Shown here piece by piece: positions 52,668 through 62,470 of a stretch of 64,000 bases of DNA; position 1 is the first letter of the stretch, and each line of letters starts with the position of its first letter. The notes beneath the pieces were generated by a model. That model saw nothing but the letters and a program-made list of their open reading frames with translations. It did no database searches and was not told the DNA's origin. This DNA comes from Candidatus Eiseniibacteriota bacterium (GTDB lineage Bacteria; Eisenbacteria; RBG-16-71-46): positions 576,001-640,000 of the forward strand of contig OY970178.1 of assembly GCA_963707915.1 (NCBI GenBank), in the 5' to 3' direction. Position numbers and translations under genes: made by a program.

Positions 52668-53626
52668 CCGGGGCGCTGGGCTCGCTGGCGGCCGGGCTGT
52701 ACGGGGCGGCCTGGGAGCTGCGGCGCAGGGTGTACGCGGGCGGGCTGCGACGGCCCCGCCGGGTGGGGGCGCGCGTGGTGAGCGTGGGGAACCTCACGGT
52801 GGGCGGCACCGGCAAGACCACTCTCACGCTCCGGCTGGCGCGGCGCGCGCGCGAGCGCGGGCTCGCCCCGGCGGTGGTGTGCCGACGGTACCACCCGGGA
52901 CCCGGGGGCCGCGGCGACGAGGAGTTGATGTACCGCGCCACGCTGGGACCGGACTGCGTCTTCGCCGGCGCGAGCAAGCTCGGGTCGGCGCGGGCGGCGG
53001 CGGGTGCGGGGTTCGATCCGGTCTTCGTGGACGACGGCCTGTCGCACTGGCCGCTGGCGCGGGACGCGGACATCGTGCTGCTGGACGCGCGCGACCTGAC
53101 CGGGGGCGGGCGGCTGCTCCCCGCGGGACGGCTGCGCGAGCCACTGCGCGCCCTGCAGCGCGCGCGTGCCGTGGTGGTGTCGCGGCTCGCCGCGGGCGAG
53201 GACCCGGCGCCCTGGCTGGAGCGCGCGCGGGCACTGGCGCCCGGGGCGATGGTGGCGGCGGCCCGGCACCGTCCGATCGGGGTGCGTGCGCTGGGCGGGG
53301 GAGCGCTGCCGCCGGGTGTCCGGGTGCGGGTGGTTTCGGCGACCGGGAACCCCGCGGCGGTCGAGGTGAGCGCGCGGGAGGCCGGTCTCGAGGTCGTGTC
53401 GGCCTCGCCCTGGCGGGACCACCACTGGTTCACGCTGCGCGAGGCGCGGGCGGAACGGGCCCGGGCCGCCGACCAGGGAGCCTGGGTGCTGCTCACGGCC
53501 AAGGACGCGGTACGATGGCCGGAGCCGGCGGGCGCCGGGCAGGTGGCGGTCCTGGAAGTGGAGTGGGAGTGGATCGCGGGTGGCGACGCGGTCGAAGACC
53601 TGGCGATCGAGGGGAAGGGGGAGTAG
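52664..53626 (+). CDS. lpxK: Tetraacyldisaccharide 4'-kinase
   Basis: VSVGNLTVGGTGKT, GDE, DDG, LLPAGRLREP, DHH, T.KD.V. Confidence 0.9.
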   Translation: MTGALGSLAAGLYGAAWELRRRVYAGGLRRPRRVGARVVSVGNLTVGGTGKTTLTLRLARRARERGLAPAVVCRRYHPGPGGRGDEELMYRATLGPDCVFAGASKLGSARAAAGAGFDPVFVDDGLSHWPLARDADIVLLDARDLTGGGRLLPAGRLREPLRALQRARAVVVSRLAAGEDPAPWLERARALAPGAMVAAARHRPIGVRALGGGALPPGVRVRVVSATGNPAAVEVSAREAGLEVVSASPWRDHHWFTLREARAERARAADQGAWVLLTAKDAVRWPEPAGAGQVAVLEVEWEWIAGGDAVEDLAIEGKGE

Positions 53627-55296
53627 TGGAAACGGACGTGCTGGTGCTCGGCAGCGGGATCGCGGGGCTCATGCTGGCGCTCGGGTGTGCGGAACGCGGA
53701 GCGGACGTGCGGGTGCTGACCAAGCGCGGCGCCGCCGACTCGAACACCAACTGGGCGCAGGGCGGGATCGCCGCGGTCTTCGACCCCGCGGACAGCTTCG
53801 CGCGCCACCGGCGCGACACGCTCCGCTGCGGCGCCGGGTTGTCGGACCCGGAGGTGGTCGCGCAGGTCATCGCCGAGGCCCCCGAGCGGGTGCGGGAGCT
53901 GGAGGCCCTCGGGGTCGAGTTCACCCGCACGACGCGCGGCTTCGCGCTCGGGCGCGAAGGCGGGCACTCGGGGCGCCGCATCGTCCACGCGAAGGACTTC
54001 ACCGGGCGGGCCATCGAGGAGGCGCTGCTGCGCCGCGTGCGCGCCCACCCGCGGATCCACCTGGACGAGGACCAGCTGGCGCTGGACCTGATCCTGGAAT
54101 CGCGCATGGGGGCCCCGCGCGGCTCGCGGAAGGCCGCCGGGCGCGCGGAGCGCTGCTGGGGCGCGTACGTGATGGAATGCCGCCCGGGGGCACCGGGCGC
54201 CGGGCGCATCCACCCGGTGACCGCGAAGGCCACCGTGCTGGCGACCGGCGGCTGCGGGAAGATCTACCTCTACACCACGAATCCCGACGTGGCCACGGGC
54301 GACGGCATCGCCATGGCCTACCGGGCCGGAGCCGCGGTCGAGAGCCTCGAGTTCGTGCAGTTCCACCCCACCTGTCTCTACCACCCCGAGGCCAAGTCGC
54401 TGCTGCTGACCGAGGCGCTGCGCGGCGAGGGGGCGGTGCTGCGCACGCTCGACGGCGAGCGCTTCATGCCGCGCGTGCACCCGATGGCGGAACTGGCCCC
54501 GCGCGACGTGGTGGCGCTGGCCATCGACCGCGAGCTGAAGCGGCGCGGCGACACTCACGTCACGCTCGACATCAGCCACCTCCCGCCCGCCCGCGTGCGG
54601 GCGCGGTTCCCGAACGTGTACGCGTCGCTGCAGCGCTTCGGCCTCGACCTGACGCGCGAGCCCATCCCGGTCGTGCCCGCGGCGCACTACATGTGCGGCG
54701 GCGTGAAGGCGACGCTCGCGGGGCGCACCTCGCTGCGCGGGTTGCTGGCGCTGGGCGAGACGGCGTCCACGCGGTTGCACGGCGCGAACCGCCTGGCGAG
54801 CAACTCGCTGCTGGAGGCGCTGGTGGGGGCGCACCACGGCGCCGGCGAGGCGTGGCGGCTGGTGCGCGGCGCGCAACGGCCCCCGCGGGCCGAGCCCTGG
54901 CGCGCCCGGGGCACGCGCCCGCCGCTCGAGACCGTGGTGTTCGACCACCACTGGGACGCGGTGCGGCGCCTGATGTGGGACCTGGTGGGCATCGTGCGCA
55001 GCGACCAGCGCCTGCTGTACGCCGAGCGCCTGCTCGCCCTGCTGCGCGAGGAGATCGAGCTCGACTACGTGCGGCTCCGCCTGTCGCGCGACCTGGTCGA
55101 GCTGCGCAACATCGCGCTGGTCGGCAGCCTGGTCGTGGAGTGCGCGCGGCGGCGGGGCGAGAGCCGGGGGCTGCACTTCAATCTCGACCATCCGCGCCGG
55201 GACCGGCGTTACGATGGGCGCGTCACCGTGCTGCGCCGCTCGCGCCCGGGCGCCCGGGCGCGGCGCCTTGCCGCCCCGGCGGGGCGCGGCCTATAG
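53626..55296 (+). CDS. nadB: L-aspartate oxidase
   Basis: GSGIAG, WAQGGIAA, REGGHS..RIVH, QFHPT, ELAPRD, PAAHY, HGANRLASNSLLE. Confidence 0.95.
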   Translation: METDVLVLGSGIAGLMLALGCAERGADVRVLTKRGAADSNTNWAQGGIAAVFDPADSFARHRRDTLRCGAGLSDPEVVAQVIAEAPERVRELEALGVEFTRTTRGFALGREGGHSGRRIVHAKDFTGRAIEEALLRRVRAHPRIHLDEDQLALDLILESRMGAPRGSRKAAGRAERCWGAYVMECRPGAPGAGRIHPVTAKATVLATGGCGKIYLYTTNPDVATGDGIAMAYRAGAAVESLEFVQFHPTCLYHPEAKSLLLTEALRGEGAVLRTLDGERFMPRVHPMAELAPRDVVALAIDRELKRRGDTHVTLDISHLPPARVRARFPNVYASLQRFGLDLTREPIPVVPAAHYMCGGVKATLAGRTSLRGLLALGETASTRLHGANRLASNSLLEALVGAHHGAGEAWRLVRGAQRPPRAEPWRARGTRPPLETVVFDHHWDAVRRLMWDLVGIVRSDQRLLYAERLLALLREEIELDYVRLRLSRDLVELRNIALVGSLVVECARRRGESRGLHFNLDHPRRDRRYDGRVTVLRRSRPGARARRLAAPAGRGL

Positions 55297-55297
55297 T
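55268..55297 (+). promoter_or_regulatory. sigma70-type promoter TTGCCG-N18-TATAGT
   Basis: Hexamers overlapping the nadB stop codon. Confidence 0.55.
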
Positions 55298-55375
55298 CGC
55301 GCGCAAAGCGACGGGGCACGCGCGGACGGTCCGCTGCCGCAGGCGGCCCGTGGAGACGGCCGGGAGGGACGGGGA

Positions 55376-55837
55376 TTGAGCTCGAGCGAACTGCTGTTCT
55401 GGGACGCGGTGGACGGCATCCGCGAGACCGAGCCGCGCTACCGGCGCGAGGCCTACGGCTTCGTGGTGGCGGCGCTGGGCAGCACCGTCGCGGCCCTGCC
55501 GCCGGAGCGTCTCGCCGATCCCGCGCTCCGCCATCTCACCGGCGGGGAGCTCCTGCGCGGGGTGGTCCGGCTCGCCCGGCAGGAGTTCGGCGTGCTCGGG
55601 CCGACCGTCTTCCGGGAGTGGGGCGTCCTCACGGGCGAGGATGTCGGTCATATCGTCTTCCGCCTGGTGGAATGCGGCGAGCTGAGCGCCCGTCCCGAGG
55701 ACACCCTGGCCGATTTCCGGGACTTCGACCTGCTCGGCGGCCTGGCCACCGACATCGGGACCGGCCGGCTGGTCGCGCCGCGGGAACCGGCGCCGCGTCC
55801 CCCGCGCGGGGCCGGCGGTCCCGGTGCCGCGCACTAG
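55376..55837 (+). CDS. Minf_1886 family (TIGR04138-like) protein
   Basis: PRY.REAY.FV..AL, HLTG.EL, FG.L...V...WGV....D.G.IVF.LVE...D...DF. Confidence 0.8.
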   Translation: MSSSELLFWDAVDGIRETEPRYRREAYGFVVAALGSTVAALPPERLADPALRHLTGGELLRGVVRLARQEFGVLGPTVFREWGVLTGEDVGHIVFRLVECGELSARPEDTLADFRDFDLLGGLATDIGTGRLVAPREPAPRPPRGAGGPGAAH

Positions 55838-55879
55838 GCGCGCGGGGACCGCCGCGGGCCGCGGCCCCGGGACGCTCCC

Positions 55880-57718
55880 GTGAAGACGTATCTCCGCCTG
55901 CTGGGCTACCTGCGGCCCTACCTGGCGCGGCTCTCCGTCGCGCTCGCCTGCATGGCGCTCTTCGGCGTCACGAACTTCGTGTCGCTCGGGATGATCTCGC
56001 CGCTCATGAGCGTGCTGTTCCGGGAGAGCGGCGGCACCCACGTGGCCGCGGCGGCGCCGGCGCCGCTCGCCGCGATCCAGGGACGCCTGCAACTGCCCGC
56101 CCAGGTCTCGGCGCTGGGGGAGCGCTGGATCGTGCAGGCCAGCCCGCTGGTGGCGCTCGAGCGTATCTGCGTCATCCTGATCGTCATCTTCGTGCTCAAG
56201 AACCTTGCCGACTACATGCAGTCCTTCCTGATGGTGTCCATCGAGCAGGGGGTGATCCGCGACCTGCGCTCGGCGCTCTACGCCCACCTGCAGGAGCTCT
56301 CGCTCTCGTTCTACCACGGGCGCCGCACCGGGATGCTGGTGTCGCGGATCACCAGCGACATGGAGTTCCTGCGCGAGGCGCTCTCGTCGAGCGTCAGCAA
56401 CCTGGTGAAGCGCGGGCTCACGCTGCTGGGCGCGTTCACCTGGGTGTTCGTGACGTCGTGGCAGCTGGCGCTGCTCTCGTTGCTGGTCGTGCCCCCGCTC
56501 GGGCTCGCGCTCGCGAGCGTGGGGCGCAAGATGCGCAAGCGCTCCGGGCGCGCCCAGGAGCGCATGGGCGACGTGACCGCCATCGTGCAGGAGTCGATCG
56601 CCGGCGTCCGCGTGGTGAAGGCGTTCGGGATGGAGGCGTTCGAACGCAGGCGCTTCGACCGCGCCAACCAGGAGTACTACGGGGCCTTCGTGCACCTGCG
56701 CCGGGTCTCGGCGGCGGCGCAGCCGCTCACCGAGCTCGCCGTCGTCCTGGCGGCCGTGGCGATGCTCTGGTTCGGGGGCCGGGAGATCTTCGCGCACCAC
56801 GGCCTCTCGCCCCAGTCGTTCATGCTCTTCGTGGGCGCGCTGCTCACCATGCTCTCGCCGATCAAGAGCCTCGCCGAGGTGAACGCGAACATCCAGCAGG
56901 GCGTGGCCGCGGCCCAGCGGGTGTTCGCGACGCTCGACACCCCGCCGGCCATCACCGACCGCCCCGGGGCGCGGGCCCTGCCGGTGCTCGCCGGGCGGAT
57001 CCGCTTCGAGGACGCGTCGTTCGCCTACGAGCCCGGACGGCCGGTGATCGAGGGCGTCTCCTTCGAGCTGCGCCGGGGCGAGGTCGTGGCGCTGGTGGGG
57101 TCGAGCGGCGCCGGCAAGAGCACGCTGATGGACCTGCTGGCGCGGTTCTACGAGCCGACCTCGGGCCGCATCACGCTCGACGGCATCGACCTGCGGGACG
57201 GCACGGTGGCCTCGCTGCGCGCCCAGCTCGGCATCGTCACGCAGGAGACCATCCTGTTCCACGACACCGTGCGGGCGAACATCGCCTACGGGCTGTCGGA
57301 CGCGAGCGACGAGTCCGTGCGGGCCGCCGCGGTCGCGGCCCACGCCCACGACTTCATCTGCGGCCTCAGCCACGGCTACGACACGGTGATCGGCGAGCGC
57401 GGCGTGAAGATCTCGGGCGGCGAGCGCCAGCGGCTGGCCATCGCGCGGGCCCTGCTGAAGAACCCGCCCATCCTGTTGCTCGACGAGGCGACCTCGTCCC
57501 TCGACACCGAGAGCGAGCGCCTGGTCCAGGACGCGCTCGAGCGGCTGATGCACGACCGCACCGTGCTGGTCATCGCGCACCGTCTGTCCACGGTGCAGCA
57601 CGCGGACCGCATCCTGGTGCTGGAGCAGGGCCGGGTCGCGGAGTCCGGCACGCACCGCGAGTTGATGGCGCAGGACGGCATCTACCGCCGGCTCTACGAC
57701 CTCCAGTTCGCCGGCTGA
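55880..57718 (+). CDS. msbA: Lipid A-core flippase ABC transporter (MsbA-like)
   Basis: TMD plus NBD, GSSGAGKST, ISGGERQR, LDEATS, IAHRLST; LPS context. Confidence 0.85.
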   Translation: MKTYLRLLGYLRPYLARLSVALACMALFGVTNFVSLGMISPLMSVLFRESGGTHVAAAAPAPLAAIQGRLQLPAQVSALGERWIVQASPLVALERICVILIVIFVLKNLADYMQSFLMVSIEQGVIRDLRSALYAHLQELSLSFYHGRRTGMLVSRITSDMEFLREALSSSVSNLVKRGLTLLGAFTWVFVTSWQLALLSLLVVPPLGLALASVGRKMRKRSGRAQERMGDVTAIVQESIAGVRVVKAFGMEAFERRRFDRANQEYYGAFVHLRRVSAAAQPLTELAVVLAAVAMLWFGGREIFAHHGLSPQSFMLFVGALLTMLSPIKSLAEVNANIQQGVAAAQRVFATLDTPPAITDRPGARALPVLAGRIRFEDASFAYEPGRPVIEGVSFELRRGEVVALVGSSGAGKSTLMDLLARFYEPTSGRITLDGIDLRDGTVASLRAQLGIVTQETILFHDTVRANIAYGLSDASDESVRAAAVAAHAHDFICGLSHGYDTVIGERGVKISGGERQRLAIARALLKNPPILLLDEATSSLDTESERLVQDALERLMHDRTVLVIAHRLSTVQHADRILVLEQGRVAESGTHRELMAQDGIYRRLYDLQFAG

Positions 57719-57719
57719 C

Positions 57720-58760
57720 GTGAGACGGGTCCCGGTACCGCCCGAAGGCTTCCGCCGCATCGCGGTGCTGCGGCTCTCGTCGCTGGGGGACGTCGTCCTG
57801 GCGTTGCCGGTCACGCACGCGCTGGCCCGGGCGTTCCCCGGCGCGCGGATCGAGTTCTGGACCAAGGAGGAGTACGCGGACGTCGTGCGCTTCGATCCGG
57901 CGATCGCGCACGTGAGGGTGCTGGAGCGGGACGCGCGCCGCATCGAGGACCTGGTGTCGATGAGCGCCGAACTCGGGGACTGCGACCTCATCGTCGACCT
58001 GCACGGGAGCCTGCGTTCGCGGTTGCTCACCTTCCGGCAGCCGGCGCCGGTCCTGCGGTCGGCGTCGCTGCGCCTGGGCCGGTGCCGCTGGGTCCGTGCC
58101 CGGTGGACGCGCCCCGGGCCGCTGCCGCACGCGCTGGAGCGGTACGCGCGCGCGCTGCGGCCGGTCGGGCTTGCCGTGGCCGGGGCGCCGCGCCTGGCGG
58201 CCGGCGCGGCGGCGGAGGCGTGGGCGGAGGAGTGGCTGCGATCGTGGCCGGGCGCGGGGGACCTGGTGGCGCTCTGCCCGGGCGCCCGCCATGCGACCAA
58301 GCGCTGGCCGGAGGAGCACTGGGTGACGCTCCACCGCGCCCTGCGGGCGCGCGGCGCCCGGTTGCTGTACCTGTCGCTCGAGTCCGAGCGCCGGGCGCTG
58401 CCCACGCTGGCCGCGTGCGCGTCGGGCGACCCGCAGGTCCGCTGGTGCGCCGAGCCGCTGGCCCGGATGGCCGCCGTGCTCTCGCATTGCCCGGCCGCGG
58501 TCGCGCAGGACAGCGGCCTGATGCACGTGGCCGCGGCGCGCGGCGCGCGCCTGGTCGCGCTCTTCGGCAGCACCTCGCCGGTCCTCGGCTTCGCCCCGTC
58601 GGGGGAGGGACACGTCGTGCTGTGCCGGAACGAGCCCTGCCAGCCCTGCACGCTGCACGGGCTGGAGCGCTGCCCCCGGGGACACTTCGACTGCATGCGG
58701 AAGCTGGAGCCGGGCCAGGTCGTGGACGCGCTGGCGCGGATCGGCGTGCCGCGCGCCTGA
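57720..58760 (+). CDS. Glycosyltransferase family 9 (heptosyltransferase)
   Basis: RLSSLGDVVL, DLHG, PGA....KRWP, DSGLMHVA, FGST. Confidence 0.9.
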   Translation: MRRVPVPPEGFRRIAVLRLSSLGDVVLALPVTHALARAFPGARIEFWTKEEYADVVRFDPAIAHVRVLERDARRIEDLVSMSAELGDCDLIVDLHGSLRSRLLTFRQPAPVLRSASLRLGRCRWVRARWTRPGPLPHALERYARALRPVGLAVAGAPRLAAGAAAEAWAEEWLRSWPGAGDLVALCPGARHATKRWPEEHWVTLHRALRARGARLLYLSLESERRALPTLAACASGDPQVRWCAEPLARMAAVLSHCPAAVAQDSGLMHVAAARGARLVALFGSTSPVLGFAPSGEGHVVLCRNEPCQPCTLHGLERCPRGHFDCMRKLEPGQVVDALARIGVPRA

Positions 58761-58806
58761 CGGCCGGTCGCGCGCCCGCGCGGCGCGCGGCGGACCGCCC
58801 CGCCGC

Positions 58807-58835
58807 TTGTCGCTCCACGGGGCGCTGCCTATACT
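58807..58835 (+). promoter_or_regulatory. sigma70-type promoter TTGTCG-N17-TATACT upstream of proS
   Basis: Hexamers at 17-nt spacing. Confidence 0.6.
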
Positions 58836-58929
58836 GCGCTCGAGCGCGCTGCGCCTCGTGCGCGGCCTTGACGCGGAATCGCCCCGGCGGACGGAACGCC
58901 GCGAGCGGCACCCCAGCACGGAGACCCGA

Positions 58930-60378
58930 GTGAGCCAGGACCAGAGCCCCGCCACCCCGCAGAGCCTCACCCCGCAGTCGAAGGACTTCTCCGAGTGGTA
59001 CAGCGAGGTGGTGCAGCGTGCGCAGCTGGCCGACCACTCGGGCGTGCGCGGGTGCATCGTGTTCCGGCCCTACGGCTACGGGATCTGGGAACACATGCAG
59101 CGCCTGCTGGACCGGCGCATCAAGGCCACCGGGCACCAGAACGCCTACTTCCCCCTGCTGATCCCCGAGAGCCTGCTGCAGAAGGAGGCCGACCACGTGG
59201 AGGGCTTCGCGCCCCAGGTCGCGTGGGTCACGCACGGCGGGAACAAGAAGCTCGAGGAGCGCCTCGCCATCCGGCCGACCAGCGAGGCGATCATCGGCTC
59301 GATGTACTCGAAGTGGATCGAGTCGTACCGGGACCTGCCGGTGCTCATCAACCAGTGGGCGAACGTGATGCGCTGGGAGATGGTGACGCGCCCCTTCCTG
59401 CGGACCGCGGAGTTCCTCTGGCAGGAGGGCCACACCGCGCACGCCTCCGCGGCCGAGGGCAAGGCCGAGGTGCTGCGCATGCTCGAGGTCTACCGCGATT
59501 TCGTCGAGACCGAGCTGGCGATGCCGGTGCATCCGGGCGCCAAGAGCGACGCGGAGAAGTTCGCCGGTGCCGAGATGACCTACTCGATCGAGGCCCTGAT
59601 GAAGGACGGCTACGCGCTGCAGGCGGGCACCTCGCACGACCTCGGCCAGCACTTCGCGAAGGTCTTCGACATCACCTACCAGGACGAGCAGGGCGTCCGC
59701 CAGCACGTCTGGCAGACGTCGTGGGGCGTCTCGACCCGGCTCATCGGCGGCGTCATCATGACGCACGGGGACGACCACGGGCTGCAGCTCCCGCCGCGCA
59801 TCGCGCCGGTGCAGGCCGTGGTCGTGCCGATCTGGCGCAAGCCGGAGGACCGTGGGCCCGTGCTGGCGTTCATCGACAAGGTGAAGGAGGCGCTCGGGGA
59901 GCGCGTGCGGCTGCTGGTGGACGACCGCGAGCAGTACTCGCCCGGCTGGAAGTACTACGAGCACGAGTTGCGCGGCGTGCCGGTCCGGCTCGAGGTCGGG
60001 CCCAAGGACGTGGAGAAGAACGCGGTGATGAGCGTGCGTCGCCTCGATCGGAGGAAGGAGTCGATCCCGCTCGATCAGCTCGCGGCGCGCCTGCCGGCGC
60101 TGCTCGAGGAGGTGCAGGCCGACCTGTTCAAGGCGGCGCTGGCGTTCCGCGCGGAACAGACCGCCACGGCGACCTCGATCGAGGACCTGGAGCGGCACTT
60201 CCTGGCCGAGGGGAAGCGCGGCTTCGTCGCCCTGCCGTGGACCGGGGACGCCGAGCTCGAGGCGCGGATCAAGCAGCGCTGCGCCGCGACCTTGCGCTGC
60301 GTCCCGCTCGACCAGGCGCCGTTCGCGGGGCTCGCGCCGGCGGGCGGGCGGGTCGCCCTCTTCGCGCGGGCGTACTGA
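58930..60378 (+). CDS. proS: Proline--tRNA ligase, archaeal/eukaryotic type
   Basis: DFSEWY, HVEGFAP, RPTSE, FLRT.EFLWQEGHT, QTSWG.STR, C-terminal ARAY. Confidence 0.95.
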   Translation: MSQDQSPATPQSLTPQSKDFSEWYSEVVQRAQLADHSGVRGCIVFRPYGYGIWEHMQRLLDRRIKATGHQNAYFPLLIPESLLQKEADHVEGFAPQVAWVTHGGNKKLEERLAIRPTSEAIIGSMYSKWIESYRDLPVLINQWANVMRWEMVTRPFLRTAEFLWQEGHTAHASAAEGKAEVLRMLEVYRDFVETELAMPVHPGAKSDAEKFAGAEMTYSIEALMKDGYALQAGTSHDLGQHFAKVFDITYQDEQGVRQHVWQTSWGVSTRLIGGVIMTHGDDHGLQLPPRIAPVQAVVVPIWRKPEDRGPVLAFIDKVKEALGERVRLLVDDREQYSPGWKYYEHELRGVPVRLEVGPKDVEKNAVMSVRRLDRRKESIPLDQLAARLPALLEEVQADLFKAALAFRAEQTATATSIEDLERHFLAEGKRGFVALPWTGDAELEARIKQRCAATLRCVPLDQAPFAGLAPAGGRVALFARAY

Positions 60379-60395
60379 GCGCGGACGCTCCCGCG

Positions 60396-61382
60396 GTGCG
60401 GCCCCTGGAACGGATCCTCGTCCGCCTGCCCAACTGGCTCGGGGACGTGCTCATGGCGCGTCCCGCGCTCCACGCGTTGCGGGCGGCCCATCCCGGGGCG
60501 GAGATCACCGCCTGCGGCCCGCCGGCGCTGCTCGAGCTGCTGGCGCCCGAGGCGCTGTGGCAGCGGACCGAGGAGTTCCCCGGCGGGCGGGGGCTGGCCC
60601 GCCGGCTGCGGGCCGAGCGATTCGACGCGGCGCTGGTCCTGCCGCCGTCGTTCTCCAGCGCCTGGCTCGCGTTCCGCAGCGGGGCGCGCCTTCGGGCGGG
60701 GTTCGCGGCGGATGGCCGCTCGCCGCTCCTGACGCACGCCCTGCGGCGGCCCGCGCGCGGCGACCTTCACCAGTCCCGCGAGTACCTGCGGCTGGTCGCC
60801 GGCCTGGACGCGCCCGAGGTCGCGGTGCCGGCGCTCGCGGTGGGCGCGGGCGCGGCCGCCGCAGCCGGCGCCCTGCTGACGCATGCCGGGGCCGCCCCGC
60901 GCGCCTTCGCGATCCTCGCGCCGGGCTCCGCCTACGGCCCCGCCAAGCGGTGGGGAGCGGAGCGCTTCGCCGTGCTCGGCCGCCGGCTCGCGGCGCGGCA
61001 GCTCGCCGTGCTGGTGTGCGGCGCGGCCGCCGAGCGGCCGGTCTGCGGCGAGGTGGCCGCGGCCATCGGGGAGGCGGCCACCTCGCTCGCCGGGGAGACC
61101 CGCCTGCCGGTGCAGGCGGCGCTGTGTGCGCGGTCGGCGCTGACGGTGTCGAACGACTCGGGCCTGGCGCACCTCGCCGCCGCCACCGGGGCCCCCACCG
61201 TGGTGGTGTTCGGCTCGACCAGCAGCGCGTGGACGGCGCCGCTCGGGACGCGGGTGCGCGTGGTGCAGCGCGCCCCGGTGTGCTCGCCGTGCTTCGCGCG
61301 GCAGTGCGCGATCGGCACCGTGTGCCTGGCCGCGGTCGACGCGGGCATGGTGGAACGCGCCGCCGGGGAGCTGGTGGCGTGA
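60396..61382 (+). CDS. waaF: ADP-heptose:LPS heptosyltransferase II
   Basis: PNWLGDV.M, PPSFSSA, PGSAYGPAKRW, NDSGLAH.A, CSPCF.R.C. Confidence 0.88.
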   Translation: MRPLERILVRLPNWLGDVLMARPALHALRAAHPGAEITACGPPALLELLAPEALWQRTEEFPGGRGLARRLRAERFDAALVLPPSFSSAWLAFRSGARLRAGFAADGRSPLLTHALRRPARGDLHQSREYLRLVAGLDAPEVAVPALAVGAGAAAAAGALLTHAGAAPRAFAILAPGSAYGPAKRWGAERFAVLGRRLAARQLAVLVCGAAAERPVCGEVAAAIGEAATSLAGETRLPVQAALCARSALTVSNDSGLAHLAAATGAPTVVVFGSTSSAWTAPLGTRVRVVQRAPVCSPCFARQCAIGTVCLAAVDAGMVERAAGELVA

Positions 61383-62452
61383 GGATCCTGGTGCAGGGCG
61401 GGCTCTCGCGCGGACCGGCGCGGCGGCTCGCGCGGGCCGCGGCGGGCCTCGCGCTGCGCGGCCACGAGGTGTCGTGGGCCCGACGGGACGACGCGCACCT
61501 TCCCGCGGGCGTGCCTGCGACCGTGCGCGACGTCCCCGCGGGAGCCGGCCTGGTGCGCCACTCGGCGGAGATCGTGCTGGGCGGGCCCGGACCGGTGGGG
61601 GCGGCGCTGGCGGGCTGGCTGGTGCGCGCGCGCTGCATGGTGCTGGCACCGGACGCCGGCGCGCTGCGGGGCTGGGGACACACCCAGCGCGGGGCGTGGA
61701 ACACGCTCCACGCGTGGGCGGTGATCGACGAAGCCGACGGCCCGCTCGTGCAGTCCGGCGCGCCGGGCATCGATCCGCGGCAGGTCGCGCTGTGGCCCGC
61801 GGGCGGGCCGCCCGACGAACCCGACGCCGCACACCCCGATACCGAGGTGCTCGAGCGGGTCTGCGAGCGGGCGCTGGCCCGCCAGCGCGGACGCGCACCG
61901 CGTGCAGGGGTCTTCCTCGACCGTGACGGCACGCTGGTGGTCGAGCGGGGCTACCTCGCGGACCCGGCGGGCCTCGAGTTCCTGCCGGGGGCGGTCGCCG
62001 GGTTGCGCGACCTGCAGGCGGCCGGTGTGCCGCTCATCGTGATCTCGAACCAGTCGGGCGTGGGACGGGGCCGCTTCCCGCTGTCACGCGTCCACGAGGT
62101 CATGGCGCGGCTGCGCATCGAGGCGCGCGCCGCGGGGATCGAACTGGACGGCGTCTACTTCTGCCCGCATCGGCCGGAGGACGGCTGCGCGTGCCGCAAG
62201 CCGGGCACGCAGCTGCTCGAGCGCGCCGCCGAGGACCATGGCCTGAGCCTGCGGGGCTCCTTCATGGTGGGGGACAAGCTGCTGGACGTGGAGACGATCC
62301 AGCGCGCGGGCGGACAGGGCGTGCTCGTGCGGACGGGATACGGGCGCGAGCAGGAGGGATCGCCCGGCGTCTCGCCGGACCACGTCTGCGACGGCCTGCC
62401 CGAAGCGAGCGCGTGGATCCTGGCGAGCCTGGAGTCCGCGGCTCCGGCGTAG
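61379..62452 (+). CDS. gmhB: GmhB heptose-1,7-bisphosphate phosphatase fused to an N-terminal GT-B-like domain
   Basis: FLDRDGTL, SNQSG, CPH, C.CRKP, GDK..D; about 175 extra N-terminal residues. Confidence 0.85.
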   Translation: MRILVQGGLSRGPARRLARAAAGLALRGHEVSWARRDDAHLPAGVPATVRDVPAGAGLVRHSAEIVLGGPGPVGAALAGWLVRARCMVLAPDAGALRGWGHTQRGAWNTLHAWAVIDEADGPLVQSGAPGIDPRQVALWPAGGPPDEPDAAHPDTEVLERVCERALARQRGRAPRAGVFLDRDGTLVVERGYLADPAGLEFLPGAVAGLRDLQAAGVPLIVISNQSGVGRGRFPLSRVHEVMARLRIEARAAGIELDGVYFCPHRPEDGCACRKPGTQLLERAAEDHGLSLRGSFMVGDKLLDVETIQRAGGQGVLVRTGYGREQEGSPGVSPDHVCDGLPEASAWILASLESAAPA

Positions 62453-62470
62453 GCCCGGCGCCACGGGCGG

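Noticed and set aside
55299..55375. GCGCAAAGC resembling part of a c-di-GMP-I riboswitch
   Set aside because: Lies at the predicted TSS with no upstream GNRA stem or P1 pairing.
58836..58929. T-box or other riboswitch in the proS leader
   Set aside because: Leader only about 90 nt, with no T-box sequence or terminator.
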